Notes: generated by a model not told the origin, from the sequence alone. 64,000 bases of DNA from Ochotona princeps (GCF_030435755.1 NC_080837.1:45011563-45075562), one strand, 5' to 3'; positions 25,858-39,375 are shown, counted from the stretch's first letter. Translations and numbers: made by a program.

Positions 25858-26215
25858 AGGGCCCAGCGCAGTAGCCTAGTGGCTAAAATCCTCACCTTGT
25901 ATGCACCAGAATTCCATGAGTGTTGGTTTGTATACCAGCTGCGCTACTTCCTATCCAGCTCCCTGCTTTGGCCTGGGAGAGCAGTCAAGGACGGCCCAAA
26001 GCCTTGGGACCCTGCACCCATGTGGGAGACCCAGAAAAAGCTCCAGACTCCTGACTTCAGATTGGTGCAGCTCCTACCATTGCAGTCACTTGGGGAGTGA
26101 ATCTGCAGATGCAACATCTTTCTCTATCTCTCCTTCTCTCTATAAATCTGACTTTCCTATAAAAATAAATACATCTTTTTTTAAAAAAAAAAAAAAATGC
26201 TTTAAGAAAGTAGGA
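25858..26215 (+). mobile_element. CSINE, + orientation (one of a tandem cluster of four SINEs at 24.88-26.56 kb)
   Basis: gggcccagcgcagtagcctagtggctaaaatcctcaccttgtatgcaccag ... (A)n tail. Confidence 0.8.
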
Positions 26216-27516
26216 GCCAGCACCATGGCATAGTAGGCTAAGACTCTGCCTGCGGTGCCAGTATCCCATGTGGATACTGCTTCATGTCACAGTTGCTCCA
26301 CTGTTGATCCAGATCCCTACCTATGGCCAAGAAAGTAGCACAGGATGGCTCAAGTGTTTCAACCTCTGTACCTGGCTCAAATCATTCAGCTTCTGCACCT
26401 GCATGGGAGACCTGGATAAAGCTTCTGGCCCCTGGCTTCAGATACCTCAGCTCAGCTCTGGCTGTTGTGGTCATCTAGGGAGTAAACCAGCAGATGGAAG
26501 ATCTAACTCCTCTCCATATCTTTGCCTTTCAAATAAAGTAAATCTTTACTTATTAATTTTTTTTTACTTTTTCATAAGGATTTATTAATTTTTACCAAAA
26601 AAAAATGGTTAGAGCAAGATGGAGAGACAGAGAGAGAAAGATCTTCCATCCACTGGTTCACTCCCCAAATGGCTACAACAGCTGAGCTGAGCCACTCTGA
26701 AGCCAGGAGCCTCTTCTGTTATCATCAAACATTTTCAGTGAAGGGTGAAATAGTAAATATTATTGTCTCTGGGGTGATCCAGCCTGTCACAGAGCAATCC
26801 TCCTCTGGCACCATGCTGCAAAGGCGTAGCAGTGAATGCCTAAGCGCAGCCTCATTCCAACAACACTTTACTTTTGGGCTTTTCTTTTATCGCTCACAAT
26901 ACAGTCTTTTCGCTTTTTTCATTTACAAACTGAAGTGTTATTGTTTCAGTGACTAAGTAAAAACAGGCTGGAAGGTTGATTGGGTCAATGGGCCATAGTT
27001 TTGTCAAGCCCTGACCAAATGCCTAAAAAAATGGTGAAATACTGATTCTCAGAGGTTTTCATAAGTACCAACTGCGTGTTGATTCAAACTCTTGGCGCAG
27101 TGTGTAGCACTAAGTTAACTGCTCAGTCTTAAGTATGCATTACTATCTTCATGACCATCACCATGTGTCAACTCAGCACAACATGGTAAAATGCAGAAAA
27201 GCTCCAGAAATAGTCACAAAGTTTGCATATTATCCAAGTCATGATTCAAAATAAAAATGTGATCATGTCTAAATACTCTATTAAAAGAAAAAGAACTGGA
27301 GGTACATATACCAAACTGTTAACTGTTGTAACATCTTACTGATAATATTTCAGTTTATTGATTTTTTCTGCTTGCCAATAATTACTCTTCTATTGAAAAA
27401 TAGTAAATATACATATTGCATATACATTCACACATATATTATTTTTATGCTTTTTAAGAAAAAAAAAGGAAGCACCCCTGTACTTGCAGAGGTGCAGAAC
27501 CCTAATGGTCACTCAC

Positions 27517-27661
27517 CTTTCCTTTATGCCGAATCTGATGCAGACGAAGGTTGGGCTCCGGGATGGCCACCGAGTCCCCGATGAGCACTCCCCAGCTCTG
27601 CACGATGTTGTAAACCATCACTGCATAGCAAGGTCCATCTGAATCAACCAGGCCGAAGGTA
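27517..27661 (-). CDS. TTC5: TTC5 coding exon 9 ([49 protein letters not shown])
   Basis: Acceptor ctggtag, donor gtgagtgacc; 145 nt; matches human [49 protein letters not shown]. Confidence 0.8.
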
Positions 27662-28431
27662 CTACCAGGGTAAGACAGGCCAGCAAGGGAGACGGCAAGG
27701 GAGAAGGAGAGCAGAAAAGAGCAAAAACAGGATTGAGAAAACTAGCAAAATCAACCAGTGCTATTGGATTTATTCAGAAAATCTATGACAGGTGCCACCA
27801 TTCATAATATTCCCCTCAGTACTTTTGTCTTGGACTATCTTTATGCATAAGACACATCAATCTCTTCTAGGAATGCAGGATACGCTCAAAATAATCATTG
27901 ATTGACTAGCTCAACATGATGCCACAGAAGCATTGTTCCTGATCTATCAATTTTACTTCACTCTAAACCCTGTAGTTTTAATTCTGCAAACTTCCTCTGA
28001 ACATTCTGCATGTGTTAAGCAGTATGATACAGTCAAGATAAAAATACCAATCCAGCTAGGGGATGGCATGACAGTGCAATATGCCAATCCAGTATCCCAT
28101 ATGGATGCCAGTTCACGTCCCAGATGCTCCACTTCCCATTCAGCCCCCTGCTAACGGCCTGGGAGAGCAGCAGAGGTGGCCCAAGTCCTTGGGCACTTGC
28201 CCCAAAGTGGGAGACTTGGAAAAAACTCCTGGTTCCTAGCTTTGGATTGGACCAGCTCCGGATGAAGTGACCATTGGGAAGTGAATCAGTGGATGTAAGA
28301 TTTCTCTATCCTTTCTTTGTAGCTCTAGATTTCCAGTAAAAGACTATATTTTTTAAAAATTAAAGATACCAACCCAGCTACAAATGACCTGCAGTCTAGC
28401 AGGAGTCAGATAATAAAAAACCATCACTTGG

Positions 28432-29165
28432 GCCCAGCGCAGTGGACTAGTGGATAAAGTCCTCACCTTGTACGTGCCAGGATCCCATATGGGCGCCAGT
28501 TCTAACCCTGGCAGCTCCACTTGCCATCCAGCTCCCTGCTTGTGGCCTGCGAAAGCATGTAAAGACGGCCCATAGTCTTGACACCCTGCACCACCTGGGA
28601 CCTAGAGGAAGTTCCTGGCTCCTGGATTCAGATTGGCACAGCTGCTGCCATTGTGTTCACTTGGGGAGTGAATCATCGGACAGAAGATATTTCTCTTTGA
28701 TTCTCCTCCTCTCTGCATATCTGACTTTCCAATTAAAAAAAAATCACTTATAGTAACATGTGATGGGTGCTAGCAAAGTTTTTTCCTGTGCTAAATTCAG
28801 TGAGGCCACAGGTTGTGCTTTGCAAATGTAGAGAATTATCTTTATCAAAATTGGAAATAGGGCCCTGCGGCGTGGCCTAGCGGCTAAAGTCCTCGCCTTG
28901 AAAGCCCCAGGATCCCATATGGGCGCCAGTTCTAATCCCGGCAGCTCCACTTCCCATTCAGCTCCCTGCCTGTGGCCTGGGAAAGCAGTCAAGAACAACC
29001 TAAACCATTGAGACCCTGCACCCGTGTGGGAGACCAGGAAGAAGTTCCTGGCTCCTGGCTTTGGATCGGCATAGCACCGGCCGTTGTGCTCACTTGGGGA
29101 GTGAATCTCTATCTCTCCTCCTCTCTGTATATCTGACTTTGTAATAAAAATAAATAAATCTTTTT
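28432..29165 (+). mobile_element. Two consecutive CSINEs, + orientation (28432-28745 and 28861-29165)
   Basis: Both have gggcccagcgcagtgg / ggccctgcggcgtggcctagcggctaaagtcctcgcc heads and aataaa-rich tails. Confidence 0.75.
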
Positions 29166-29887
29166 AAACAAATGGAAATAAAGAAATATTTCCTTGAGGA
29201 AGCAATTCTCACAGTGAAAACTGGGTTAAAGTAGGAAAATGAATTCTTAGCAGACCTTACAGGGTACAGTTGAGTGCACTGACGTTCACAACAAAATCCA
29301 ATCAAATTAACATCTTTATTTAAAAAGATGTTGACAGGAGGAAATTAACTCTGTTAAGAAGCTGGAAGACAGTCTAGTCACAGTAACTGTGTAAGGAACA
29401 GAAGCACGAAAACCTACTGGTTTTATAGGTTCAGGAACCTATAAAACAGTCCCATGGTTACATGTGAGAAAGTAACAGCAGAACAGAAAGAGTGGCAGGG
29501 AGCAAAGTATAAACTTCTTAAATTAAGCTTCAGTGCTCAAATTTTATTCCAAGTGCTACTAATATTTTACATAAACAGTGGCAATGGTCAGATTTGCCTC
29601 TGAGAAAACATTTTCTCTGGCAGCACTGTAAAACGTTGGAGAAAATACATGACAGACGTTTAAAGACTAATAAGCATCAAGAAATAGGGACAAGAGGCAA
29701 ATCTATAGTGACTGCCTCAATACAGGAGAATAGGGGTTTAGGATGACTTCATAAGTATTCACTGGCTGGGTAGACAGACAGTACCACTGACTGAAAAGGA
29801 ATCTAGAAGTTTAAGAAGAAAGATCAGGTAATTCTGAATATACTGAACTGCAGAGTTCTGGTTGGAGCCACAGCAGTTGGACAGGAT

Positions 29888-30230
29888 TCAAAACTTGGGG
29901 CTGGCGCAGCACAGCAAGCAGAGCCACTGCGCTTCAGCCTTAGTGTTCCACGCCGTAACACTGGCTTCAGTTCTGACCACTGCACTTCTCCTCGGGCTCC
30001 CTCTTCATGTACCTGGGATCCAAAGCCAGGAGCCAGGAACCTCCTCTAGGCCTCCACATGGGTGCAGGGTACCAAGGCTTTGGGCTGTCCTCTGCTGCTT
30101 TCCCAGGCCACAAGCAGGGAGCTGCATGGGAAGCAGGGCTGCCAAGATTAGAACCAGAGCCCATATGGGATACCAGTGCATGCAAGGCGAGGAATCCAGC
30201 CACTAGGCTACTGCACTGGGCCCAAATAAG
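29888..30230 (-). mobile_element. CSINE, - orientation
   Basis: Ends ...gccactaggctactgcactgggccc (reverse complement of the SINE head); internal ccatatgggataccagtgcatgcaagg. Confidence 0.75.
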
Positions 30231-31209
30231 GCCTCTTTTTAAAAAGGAAGTTTGTGGGGGGGCTGGTGTTTGGGCCAGTGGTTACGTCACTACTTGGGAT
30301 GCTCACATTCCCAACTTGGTACAAGATCCAGCTTCCCACAGATGCATATTCAGGAAGGCAGCAGATGTTGGCTCAAATACTAGAGTGCTTGGCATCCATG
30401 GGGAGACCCACATGGAGTTCTCGGTTCACAGTTTCAGCCTACTCCAGGTTTGCTTGTGGAGGTTATTTGTAGAATGAGCTAATAGGTAAAAGACTTCTGC
30501 CTCTCAAACAAAATGGGAAAAAAAATCTTTAAAACAAGGTAATGAATAATAAGTAGTATACAGTAAAACTGAATTAAAATATAAATCTAGGGGATACACA
30601 TTTCGTGCAGCAGGTACCACCTGACTTGCCTGCATTCCATGGTGGAGCCCAGGTTCAAGTCTCAGTTCCACTTCTGATTCAGCTTCCTGCTAACGTGTGT
30701 CCTGGGCAGCTACAATGACTCAACTACTGCCACACACAGGACAGGAACTGGGTGCCCTACCATGGCCTAGGCTCACTTAGCTCAAGCTACTGAAGGCGTC
30801 TGGAGAATGAACTAGCAGAAGGACAATTTCCTTCTCTCTACATTTCTATCTTTCTACCTTTCAAACAAATAAAAAATAAATAGTTTCCTAAAAATAGGTA
30901 AGTACCTTTAGGTATAAAAATAGTTCTAATTTCACACACTGTGAAATTTTGAATTGATCAGGCTAGTCCAAAGCCATGAGCCTGGAGCTTCTTCCAGATC
31001 TCCCAGACGGGTGCAGGTCCAAAGGACTTGGGCTGTGCTCCACTACTTTCCCAGGCCATCAGCAGGATGCTGCTTTGGAGGGAGAGCAGCTAGGACTCAA
31101 ACTGGCACACAAATGGGATGCTGGTGCCATGACTGGGGCTTAACTTTTAATGCCACAATGCCAGTTCCACAAAAATATTTAAGGAAAAAAATTTAAGAAT
31201 GTTCTATAT

Positions 31210-31545
31210 TAGGCCCGGCCCCGTGGCCTAGCAGCTGAAGTCCTCGCCTTGAACGCCCCGGGATCCCATATGGGTGCCGGTTCTAATCCCGGCAGCTCCA
31301 CTTCCCATCCAGCTCCCTGCTTGTGGCCTGGGAAAGCAGTCGAGGACAGCCCAAACCCTTGGGACCCTGCACCCATGTGGGAGACCCGGAAGAGGTTCCT
31401 GGTTCCCGGCTTTGGATCGGCGCAGCACCGGCAATTGCACTCACTTGGGGAGTTAATCATCGGATGGAAGATCTTCCTCTCTGTCTCTCCTCCTCTCTGT
31501 ATATCTGACTTAGTAATAAAAATAAATAAATCTTGAAAAAAAAAA
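31210..31545 (+). mobile_element. CSINE, + orientation, flanked by perfect 15-bp target-site duplication aagaatgttctatat (young insertion)
   Basis: Direct repeats at 31195-31209 and 31546-31560; full-length element with (A)n tail. Confidence 0.85.
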
Positions 31546-32135
31546 AAGAATGTTCTATATGAATATTCCTTTTTAAAGAAAGCCACAGTTAGAGAGAGAA
31601 GGAGAGACAGAGAGAAAGAAAGATCTTTCACTCACTAGTTCACTCCCCAGATGGTCACAATGGCCAAGGTTGGTGCAGGCCAAAGCTAGGTGCCAAGAGC
31701 TTCATTTTGAGTCTTCCACATGGGTGACAGAGACCCAAGGACTTGAACTTGTCTTCTGCTGCTTTGCTTAGACCACTAGCAGGGATCTGGATTGGAAGTA
31801 GAACGGCTGGGAAAGTAACCAGCACCTATGTGCAAAGCATGCATTGCTAGCAGTAGACTTATGCATTACGCTACGATGCTGGCCCCTATATGAGTATTCT
31901 TAAATTCATCCCTGTGCTGGCCTATAATCAGCCTTCACCTTTCTGTCCTCACTTCCTTTTCCAGTAAATGCTCAGCTGAATATCTGCTCTTTGGCACTTC
32001 AGTCTCCCCAAATAGGCTTGAATCCTAACTCAAAGCTCACCTTCCACAAGAGTTTTAGCCCACATGAGCCCAAAGAGGACTCAGAAGGGAAAGTATTCAG
32101 AAGGGTAAAACAGAAGAATGGTATGAGAAACTCAC

Positions 32136-32350
32136 AAGGGGACTTTCTCCTCTGTGGTAAGGCTGAATACCACCTTCCCCAGGACCACGGCGCCACTGTT
32201 CACGCCGGGCCGCAGCGCGCTCAGCGGCTTCTGCTCCAGGGCCACCTTCTGCCCAGAGGCTGACTGATAGCGCCCATCACCACAAGGGCCCAGATGGGCT
32301 GGGCGCAAACTTCCCAGCATGCTCTGGAGCTTTTTGTTCTTCAATTTGCC
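32136..32350 (-). CDS. TTC5: TTC5 coding exon 8 ([71 protein letters not shown])
   Basis: Inside minus-strand ORF 32132-32575; acceptor ccttcacag, donor TT|gtgagttt; 215 nt ending in phase 2; matches human [71 protein letters not shown]. Confidence 0.85.
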
Positions 32351-32868
32351 CTGTGAAGGAAGGAAAAACAAATTAGCGAGCTGGAAACTAGCCACTCTCC
32401 CCAAGAGTCCGGGTCTTTCCTCCCCTCCGCCCACGGCATCACCACCTAAAAATAAGAACACATCTTGTTGCTGATGACCATTGGCAGGATGACAGAGTAG
32501 GATCCTGTCCTTTGTACATCTTGATGGCCACAGCTGCAGCACAGAAAGTAAAGCTGACACCTGCAACATCACCATCCCATATGATGATCAGTTCAAGTCC
32601 TGGCTAGTCCACTTCTAATCCAGCTTCCTAAAATGAGCCTGCAGAGGCAGCAGTAGCTGGCCTGCGCACTTGCGCCCCTGCGACCCAACCCACACGGGAG
32701 ACTCAGAGGGAGTTCTACAGCCCTAGCTTTGATTGGCCCCACTTTAGCCATTGTGGCCATTTGCAACGTGAATGAGTGGAAAGGAAATCTTTGTCTCTCT
32801 TCTCTAAATTCTGCCTTTCAAACAAGTAAACCCTTAAGCATGCATGCATACACACACACACCCCTTAC

Positions 32869-33015
32869 CTTGCTCTCAAGCAGGCTGGTTAATCGATCCA
32901 GGAATTCTAGGAGTTCCTGTTCTCGTTGCCTCGGCTCCGGCCAGGCAGGGTCCAGAGCTGCGGCCTGAGAGAAGCCCTCCAAGGCTTCCCCATAACTCTC
33001 CTCATATTTATGTAA
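32869..33015 (-). CDS. TTC5: TTC5 coding exon 7 ([49 protein letters not shown])
   Basis: Acceptor cttgtacag, donor gtaagggg; 147 nt; matches the human sequence. Confidence 0.8.
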
Positions 33016-33496
33016 CTGTACAAGAAGGAATCAAACACCTTCTGACACAAGCCATGCTGAGGGGATAATGGCACAATGAACTAGAAATTTGGAAAAATGA
33101 ACATTTTTTTCCCCCTGTGTCTTTCCTAGGAACAGCCTAGGAAGCTGATGATGACAGACAGAATTGTTTCAAAGAAGCTAACTTCCAGATTCCAAAATAG
33201 TTAAGCTGCAATGTTTAGAGTCACTCGACTGTGTGTTTACACTAGACATTCCCACATAGCTTGATGTTCTCCCCAGTCTCACCGCCCATCCTCCGCCACC
33301 TCCTCGCCCCTTTCTCCAGCCACTCCAGTGACTTTGCAGATACTAAGTTGAACTGAGTTGGCTCTTATAGAGATAATTTGTTTTCCTTTCAGTTGGTGCC
33401 CATCAGTGTCCCTGTGAACACTCAGTTCTCTTCAGAGGCTAACACCTAGACATCTTTTCCATTTGCCATGCTGATGACGTGACCCCACAGACTCAC

Positions 33497-33553
33497 CGTC
33501 GCCCTGTTTAGATGAAGATCAGGATTGCTGGATGCTTTTCTGTCAACCTTCTC
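33497..33553 (-). CDS. TTC5: TTC5 coding exon 6 (EKVDRKASSNPDLHLNRAT)
   Basis: Acceptor ctttacag, donor gtgagtct; 57 nt; identical to the human EKVDRKASSNPDLHLNRAT segment. Confidence 0.8.
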
Positions 33554-36465
33554 CTGTAAAGAGATAAAGGATCATCAGTGGAACCTGGCTCAATCTTAAA
33601 GATGGCTTTAACCAACATGTCCCAGGCCTTTTTTCCCTAGTTAAAAAAAAAAGTTTTCACTATTTATTCATTTGTTTGAAAGGTAGAAAGAGAGGGAGAG
33701 AGAGAAAGAGAAAGAAGGGAGAGGTAGAGGGAGGTATCTCCCACACTGATTTACTGCCCAAATGCCTAAAACGGCTGGGATGGGCCGGGCCGGGCCAAAC
33801 CAGGATCCAGAACTCCATCAGGGACTCTCATGGGAGTGGCAGGAAGCCATCACGTGCTGCCTCCCAGGTCTAGGAGCAGAGAGCTGTTCAGAAGCACAGC
33901 AGCTGGGACACCACCCAGCACTTGGATACAGGAATGAAGGCAAACCAAGCAGCACTGAACCTATTACGCTGCAATGCCCATCCCTCCTGGAAACGTTTAA
34001 GTCTCTTTGCCAAAATGCTACCTATTCCCACACTGTTATGGGGTAACTACTTGTATGATGTGTATATTAGTATCGAAGATCTCAGGGACAGAAGGGTTTT
34101 GCATGTGTGAAATTTTTAAAGATCATCATAATTTATTTACATAATATTATAAAGCAAGAATAAGAACAAAAACATGAAAGTAATATGATTAAAAAAAGAG
34201 TTAAACAGTGACATGCTGGGATAAATGAGCAAAGCATGGGACTATGATATCGCTTTTAGTGCATTTCCTATGTCAATGCGACTGGCTCAAAGAACACACA
34301 AAATCATGTTTGTAGGAGCAAGTCCCTTAAAGAACACAGGGAGGAGTTAGCACAGCGGTGTGTGAGGCTAACCCTCCACATGGATGCCGACCTCAGTCCC
34401 TGCTGCTGCTCCTCTGATCCTGCTCCATGCTAATGGCTGGGAAAGCAATGGAGGATGGTCCACGGTGTTAAGCTCCTCCACCCACGTGGGAGACCCAGCA
34501 CAAACTCCTGACTCCTGGCTTCAGACCAACCCAGCTCTGGCTGTTGCAGCCACTTGAGGACTAAACCAAAGAATGGAAAAATCCCTCTCTTTCCATGGCT
34601 CTCTCTCTTTCTCTCTAAATCTCTAACACAGATGGCCAGAAACTAAAGGACAGCACAAATATACTATGAAGAAACTGGTGGCTATGTTCATTTTCTAATT
34701 CTATCCATTACCTGGCACAGTGCAAAATCATGAATATGAGTAATATTGCTTAAATGGTTGGTTTAGATATGACTAAAAACACAGTTGAGGGAGCCCAGTG
34801 TGACAGCATAGCAGTAAAGTCCTCGCCTTGAACGTGCCAGGATCCCATATGGGCACCGGTTCTAATCCAGCTCCCTGCCTATGGCCTGCAAAGTAGTAGA
34901 GGATGGTCCAAAGCCTGGGGATCCTGCACCCACATGGGAGACCCTGAAGCAGTTCCTGGCTCCTGGCTTGTCGGCTCAGCTCTGGCCACTGTGGCCACTT
35001 GGAGACTTGGAGAGTGACCCAGCAGATGGAAGATCTTTCTTTCTGTCTCTCCTTCTCTCTGTAAATGTGACTTTACAATAAAAATAAATCTTAAAACACA
35101 CACACACAGTTGAGAACAAGAGACAGGCCAAGCAGTTAATCTGCCAGTTGGAACACTGGCCTCCCAAACCTGAGTGTCTACATTCTCCTCCAGATTCCAG
35201 CTTCCTGCTGATGTGCATCTTGGGAGGGAATAGGTAATGGCTCACTAGCTATGTGCCTGCCACCCACAGGAGACCCGCACTGTGTCCCCAGCTGCCAGCT
35301 GCAGTCCGGCTTGAAATGTAAGTATTCCCCTGACTGGTCAATTAGAGTAAACCTCAGTGCTCTGTCTTAAGGTCCCTGATTACAAAAGAATAATCAGAGA
35401 ACTGCAAATTGAGTATACAGAATTGGATTCTTCATTCTGCCACACAGATAAGGTAATGATAAGTCAAAAAACAATTTTCTTGGCCAGGAAAACATAAATG
35501 TCAAGGAAGCAAGGTACATACAAGGTCTCAGTAAAAACTGCTCAGAAAACCCACGTGAAGCTCCTGAGGCAGAGAAGACACTCATGCAAGTGAGAATCAA
35601 CATACAAATAACCTGAAGACTAAGCAAAGTTGAGTTTCAGTGATTTCTTGAAAATGACACAGAAGTGATTACACCCTGCTTTCTCTTTTAATCTGGGGAA
35701 AATTTAGAGTCCTATCATTTATAGGTTCATTTGGGGATATCACTAAATTTATCATTTTTCTTTAAAATGACCATTGCTGGGTCTAGTGTGGTAGCGTAAT
35801 GGCCAAGGTCCCCGTCTAGCATGTAAAGGGATCCCAGTTCACGTCCCAGCTGCTCCATTTCCCATCCAGCTCCCTGCTTATGGCCTGGGAAAGCAGTCGA
35901 GAACAACCCAAAGCCTTGGGACCCTGCACCTGCGTGGCAGCCCCAGATGAAGCTCCCGGCTCTTGGCTTCAGACTGGCTCAGCTCCAGCTTTTGAGGCAT
36001 TTTGGGAATGAACCAGCAGATAGAATATCTGTCTCTCTCTCTTTTTCTCTCTGTTAACTGATCTGATCTGCCTTTCCCATGCAAATAATTAAATCTCCAA
36101 AAAAGATGTTTAAAATGACCAGAGGCAAATATTAATAAGCACTACTTCAATCAGCTTTGTTTTCCCATCAGAAATAATAAACATGCTCAAGCAAGCTGTG
36201 TGTTCCGGTTATACTTTGCCCATAAGCAATCTAGATGGCTCAGGGAGTTACCTGACACCAAAGCACTACATTGTAAGTAGTCCCCGACATTCAAGTTACA
36301 AGAAAACAGAAGAGAGCCCTGCAACACAGCTTTGCAAAGCCACAGCCACTGGATGCCAGCAACACCAGTCAGGGCGCTTAATAAAGAAGCACAAGGAAGT
36401 CGCGACGATGCTCTTGCCTTTGGAGGTACCTCTAGCCATCAGGGCTGGGTGATCCGAGTACTTAC

Positions 36466-36557
36466 TGCTCGGGCATAGGCACTGAGGGCTTGCTGGGAGA
36501 TCTTGGGGTTCTGGCCAGTATTGAAGTAAAGAGAAAGGTACGCATTTCCCAGAATGT
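36466..36557 (-). CDS. TTC5: TTC5 coding exon 5 ([31 protein letters not shown])
   Basis: Acceptor tttttcag, donor gtaagtac; 92 nt; matches human [31 protein letters not shown]. Confidence 0.8.
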
Positions 36558-36957
36558 CTGAAAAACAGTGCAGAATCATGTTAATACCCAAGTCCACAAC
36601 ACAACCTATTTTGTTCATTCTCAAAAGTCTCTTCAAAAGGCCCCATATCTCACCCAAACCGGAGATGACATTAAGCTTAGTAAACCCCAAATCCTACTGG
36701 GGGAAAAAACATAAATCTGGACCCCAAAGAAAATCACACACTGTACGAAAGTTCTTTCTTGCTTCTGTGGAAACTTGGGTCTCCTCTGTTGGACTGAAAA
36801 GACATAAGCACTTCAAGAACAGTGATTCATCCAAACACAAAGATCCCTGCTTTAAGCCCACCCTCCCCACCCCGGGCCTCCACAGACGGGCCGTGGGTGA
36901 CTCTGCTAGGCAGCCATGCTGGAGGACACTGGCCAGATGGGCTACGAGAGCACTCAC

Positions 36958-37108
36958 ACCAGGAGCGGCCGTCAAGGACATCCATCTGCACCGCCAACTT
37001 GGCCTGCCGGACACTATCCATGACGTGGCGGGAATGCTCATCTCCGCTGTCCGGCCGCAGCTGCCGAAGCACCATGGACAGGTTCTGCAGGGAGACTTTG
37101 TTCTTGCA
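36958..37108 (-). CDS. TTC5: TTC5 coding exon 4 ([50 protein letters not shown])
   Basis: Acceptor tttgcag, donor gtgagtg; 151 nt; matches human [50 protein letters not shown]. Confidence 0.85.
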
Positions 37109-37485
37109 CTGCAAATGGAAAAGACAGAGGTTCTACCTCCCCTTTCCAGACCTGTTCTGACCTCAGTCTTCTAAAGTCAAGGTTGCATTTTAATTCTTGC
37201 TGTCCCAAGCATCTCAGTCTGTGAGATTCAGCTGAGTTGATAACTTTTCTTCATGTCTCACGCAGCCCTGATCTAGGCTCCATTACCTTCTTTTCTTAGT
37301 TCCCTGTTATCTGTTTTTCCTTCAGCCAGGACTCTCACTCTCCCCCCATCTTTTCTCCTTTTTGTCTGCTCTCCTACTTCAAGGTCAGTCCTACTCTGGT
37401 ATGTTTGTCCTTGGGAAATGCATAGAAGCCAAAGGAATCTCGCTCTTCCAATGTGTGTTTCCCGAGGCGGCAGTGGGTGGCTCAC

Positions 37486-37697
37486 GTGGGTGAGGGCTCC
37501 GGAGAAGCAGGTGTGGGCAGCTGCAACATCCCCTTTCTTCCAGTACACCTCGCCCAGCTGGTTCCAGGCTTCCACCAGCTCGGGCTCCAGCTTCACAGCC
37601 TTGGACAGGAGTTCCTCGGCCCTAGCACTGTAGTCAGGCATCACGTTCAGTGCCTTCCCAGTTAGCATGAGAGCCTGCGCCTTCCCCTGAGCAGGAC
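37486..37697 (-). CDS. TTC5: TTC5 coding exon 3 (TPR region: [71 protein letters not shown])
   Basis: Minus-strand ORF 37273-37722 contains the peptide; acceptor ctctag, donor gtgagc; 212 nt; near-identical to human TTC5 residues ~62-131. Confidence 0.85.
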
Positions 37698-37734
37698 CTA
37701 GAGGGAAGGGAAAAAAGAACAAAAGGAAAAAAAA

Positions 37735-37749
37735 GGGGGGGGGGGGGGG
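37735..37749. repeat. Poly-G homopolymer (G15) abutting an A-rich tract, in TTC5 intron 2
   Basis: aaaaaaaagggggggggggggggaacgc read directly from the sequence. Confidence 0.95.
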
Positions 37750-38029
37750 AACGCATTTCTTAAAGAGCAGGTCACTTTCATGGAATAACTACATCCCAGC
37801 TCTAGGAATGAAAACAGTTAAAGAAAATCCTTATCAACGAGCAATTCACTGAAAGCCTGCTGTGAGCAGACTGTCACGGTAGGTACCTGGGTGACAGCAA
37901 AAGCACTGTTTCTACCCTGGAGGAGCCGAAGGTCTGATGAAGACAAACCACACATACAGAAAACTAACACAACCATGAGAAGAGGTATACAGCATACACC
38001 AAATGGGCTTCAAAAAGGCAAGAAAGGGC

Positions 38030-39375
38030 CCGGCGCCATGGCCTAGTGGCTAAAGTCCTTGCCTTGAACGCGCCAGGATCCCATATGGGCACCAGTTCTA
38101 ATCCCGACAGCTCCACTTCCCTTTCAGCTCCCTGCTTGTGGCCTGGGAAAGCAGTTGAGGATGGCCCAAAGCCTTGAGACCCTACACTCATGTGGGAGAC
38201 CAGGAAGAAGTTCCTGGATCATGGCTTTGGATCAGCATAGCACCGGCCATTGTGTTCACTTGGGGAGTGAATCATCGGATGGAAGATCTTTCTCTATGTC
38301 TCTCCTCCTCTCTGTATATCTGACTTTGCAATAAAATAAAAATAAATCTTTCAAAAAAAATTCACTATCCTCATTGAAAAAAAAAGGCAAGAAAAGACCC
38401 TCGGGGCCTGGCACAGTAGCCTAGCAGTAAAGTCCTTGCCTTGAACGTGCCAGGATCCCATATGGGCGCCAGTTCTAATCCCGGCAGCTCCACTTCCCAT
38501 CCAGCTCCCTGCTTGTGGCCTGGGAAAGCAGTCGAGGACGGCCCAAAGCTTTGGGATCCTGCACCCGCGTGGGAGACCTGGAAGAGGCTCCTGGCCTCAG
38601 ATCGGCTCAGCTCCAGCTGTTGCAGCCACTTGGGGAGTGACCCAGCAAATGGAGGATCTTTCTGTCTCCCTTCTCTCTGTAAATATTTCCAATAAAAATA
38701 AATAAATCTTAAAAAAAAAAAAAAGACCTTCACGGTCAGACAATGTAAAGATAGACACAGAGGCAAAAATGCATGCAAAGGCTCATGGAACACTGGTCTG
38801 ACCTGGATGAAAACCACATGTTCTTCTATAACTAGTCAGAGATGAAGTCATTAAAAAAAAAGAGTGAGAAAACTAAGACTTGAAAATCAGATTAAGAAAG
38901 ATTCCAGCCAATAAAGGGACAAATGGGAGCACAAGATTAAATGCATGAATTAATGATTTAAAAAGATAACCACAGTCATAGACATGACGTAAGTTGACAT
39001 GGAGGTAAAAGGAAGTACAGGCAGAAAGATCAATCAAGATTCCTCGGGCCCGGCAGCGTGGCCTAGCGGCTAAAGTCCTTGCCTTGAAAGCCCCAGGATC
39101 CCATATGGGCGCCGGTTCTAATCCCGGCAGCTCCACTTCCCATCCAGCTCCCTGCTTGTGGCCTGGGAAAGCAGTTGAGGACAGCCCAATGCATTGGAAC
39201 ACTGCACCCGCGTGGGAGACCTGGAGGAGGTTCCTGGTTCCCGGCTTCAGATCGGCGCAGCACCGGCCCGTTGCGGCTCACTTGGGGAGTGAATCATCGG
39301 ACGGAAGATCTTCCTCTCTGTCTCTCCTCCTCTCTGTATATCTGACTTTGTAATGAAATAAATAAATCTTTAAAA
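38030..39375 (+). mobile_element. Cluster of three + orientation CSINEs (about 38030-38355, 38403-38715, 39052-39375) in TTC5 intron 2
   Basis: Each has a g(g)cccggc...ggcctagcggctaaagtcc head, ccatatgggcgccggttctaatcccggcagctccacttcccatccagctccctgcttgtggcctgggaaagcagt core and an A tail. Confidence 0.8.

Noticed and set aside
36554-37174. 206-aa plus-strand ORF
   Set aside because: It is antisense to TTC5 exons 4-5, whose real coding frame is on the minus strand. No homology; arginine/proline-rich as expected of antisense GC-rich exons.
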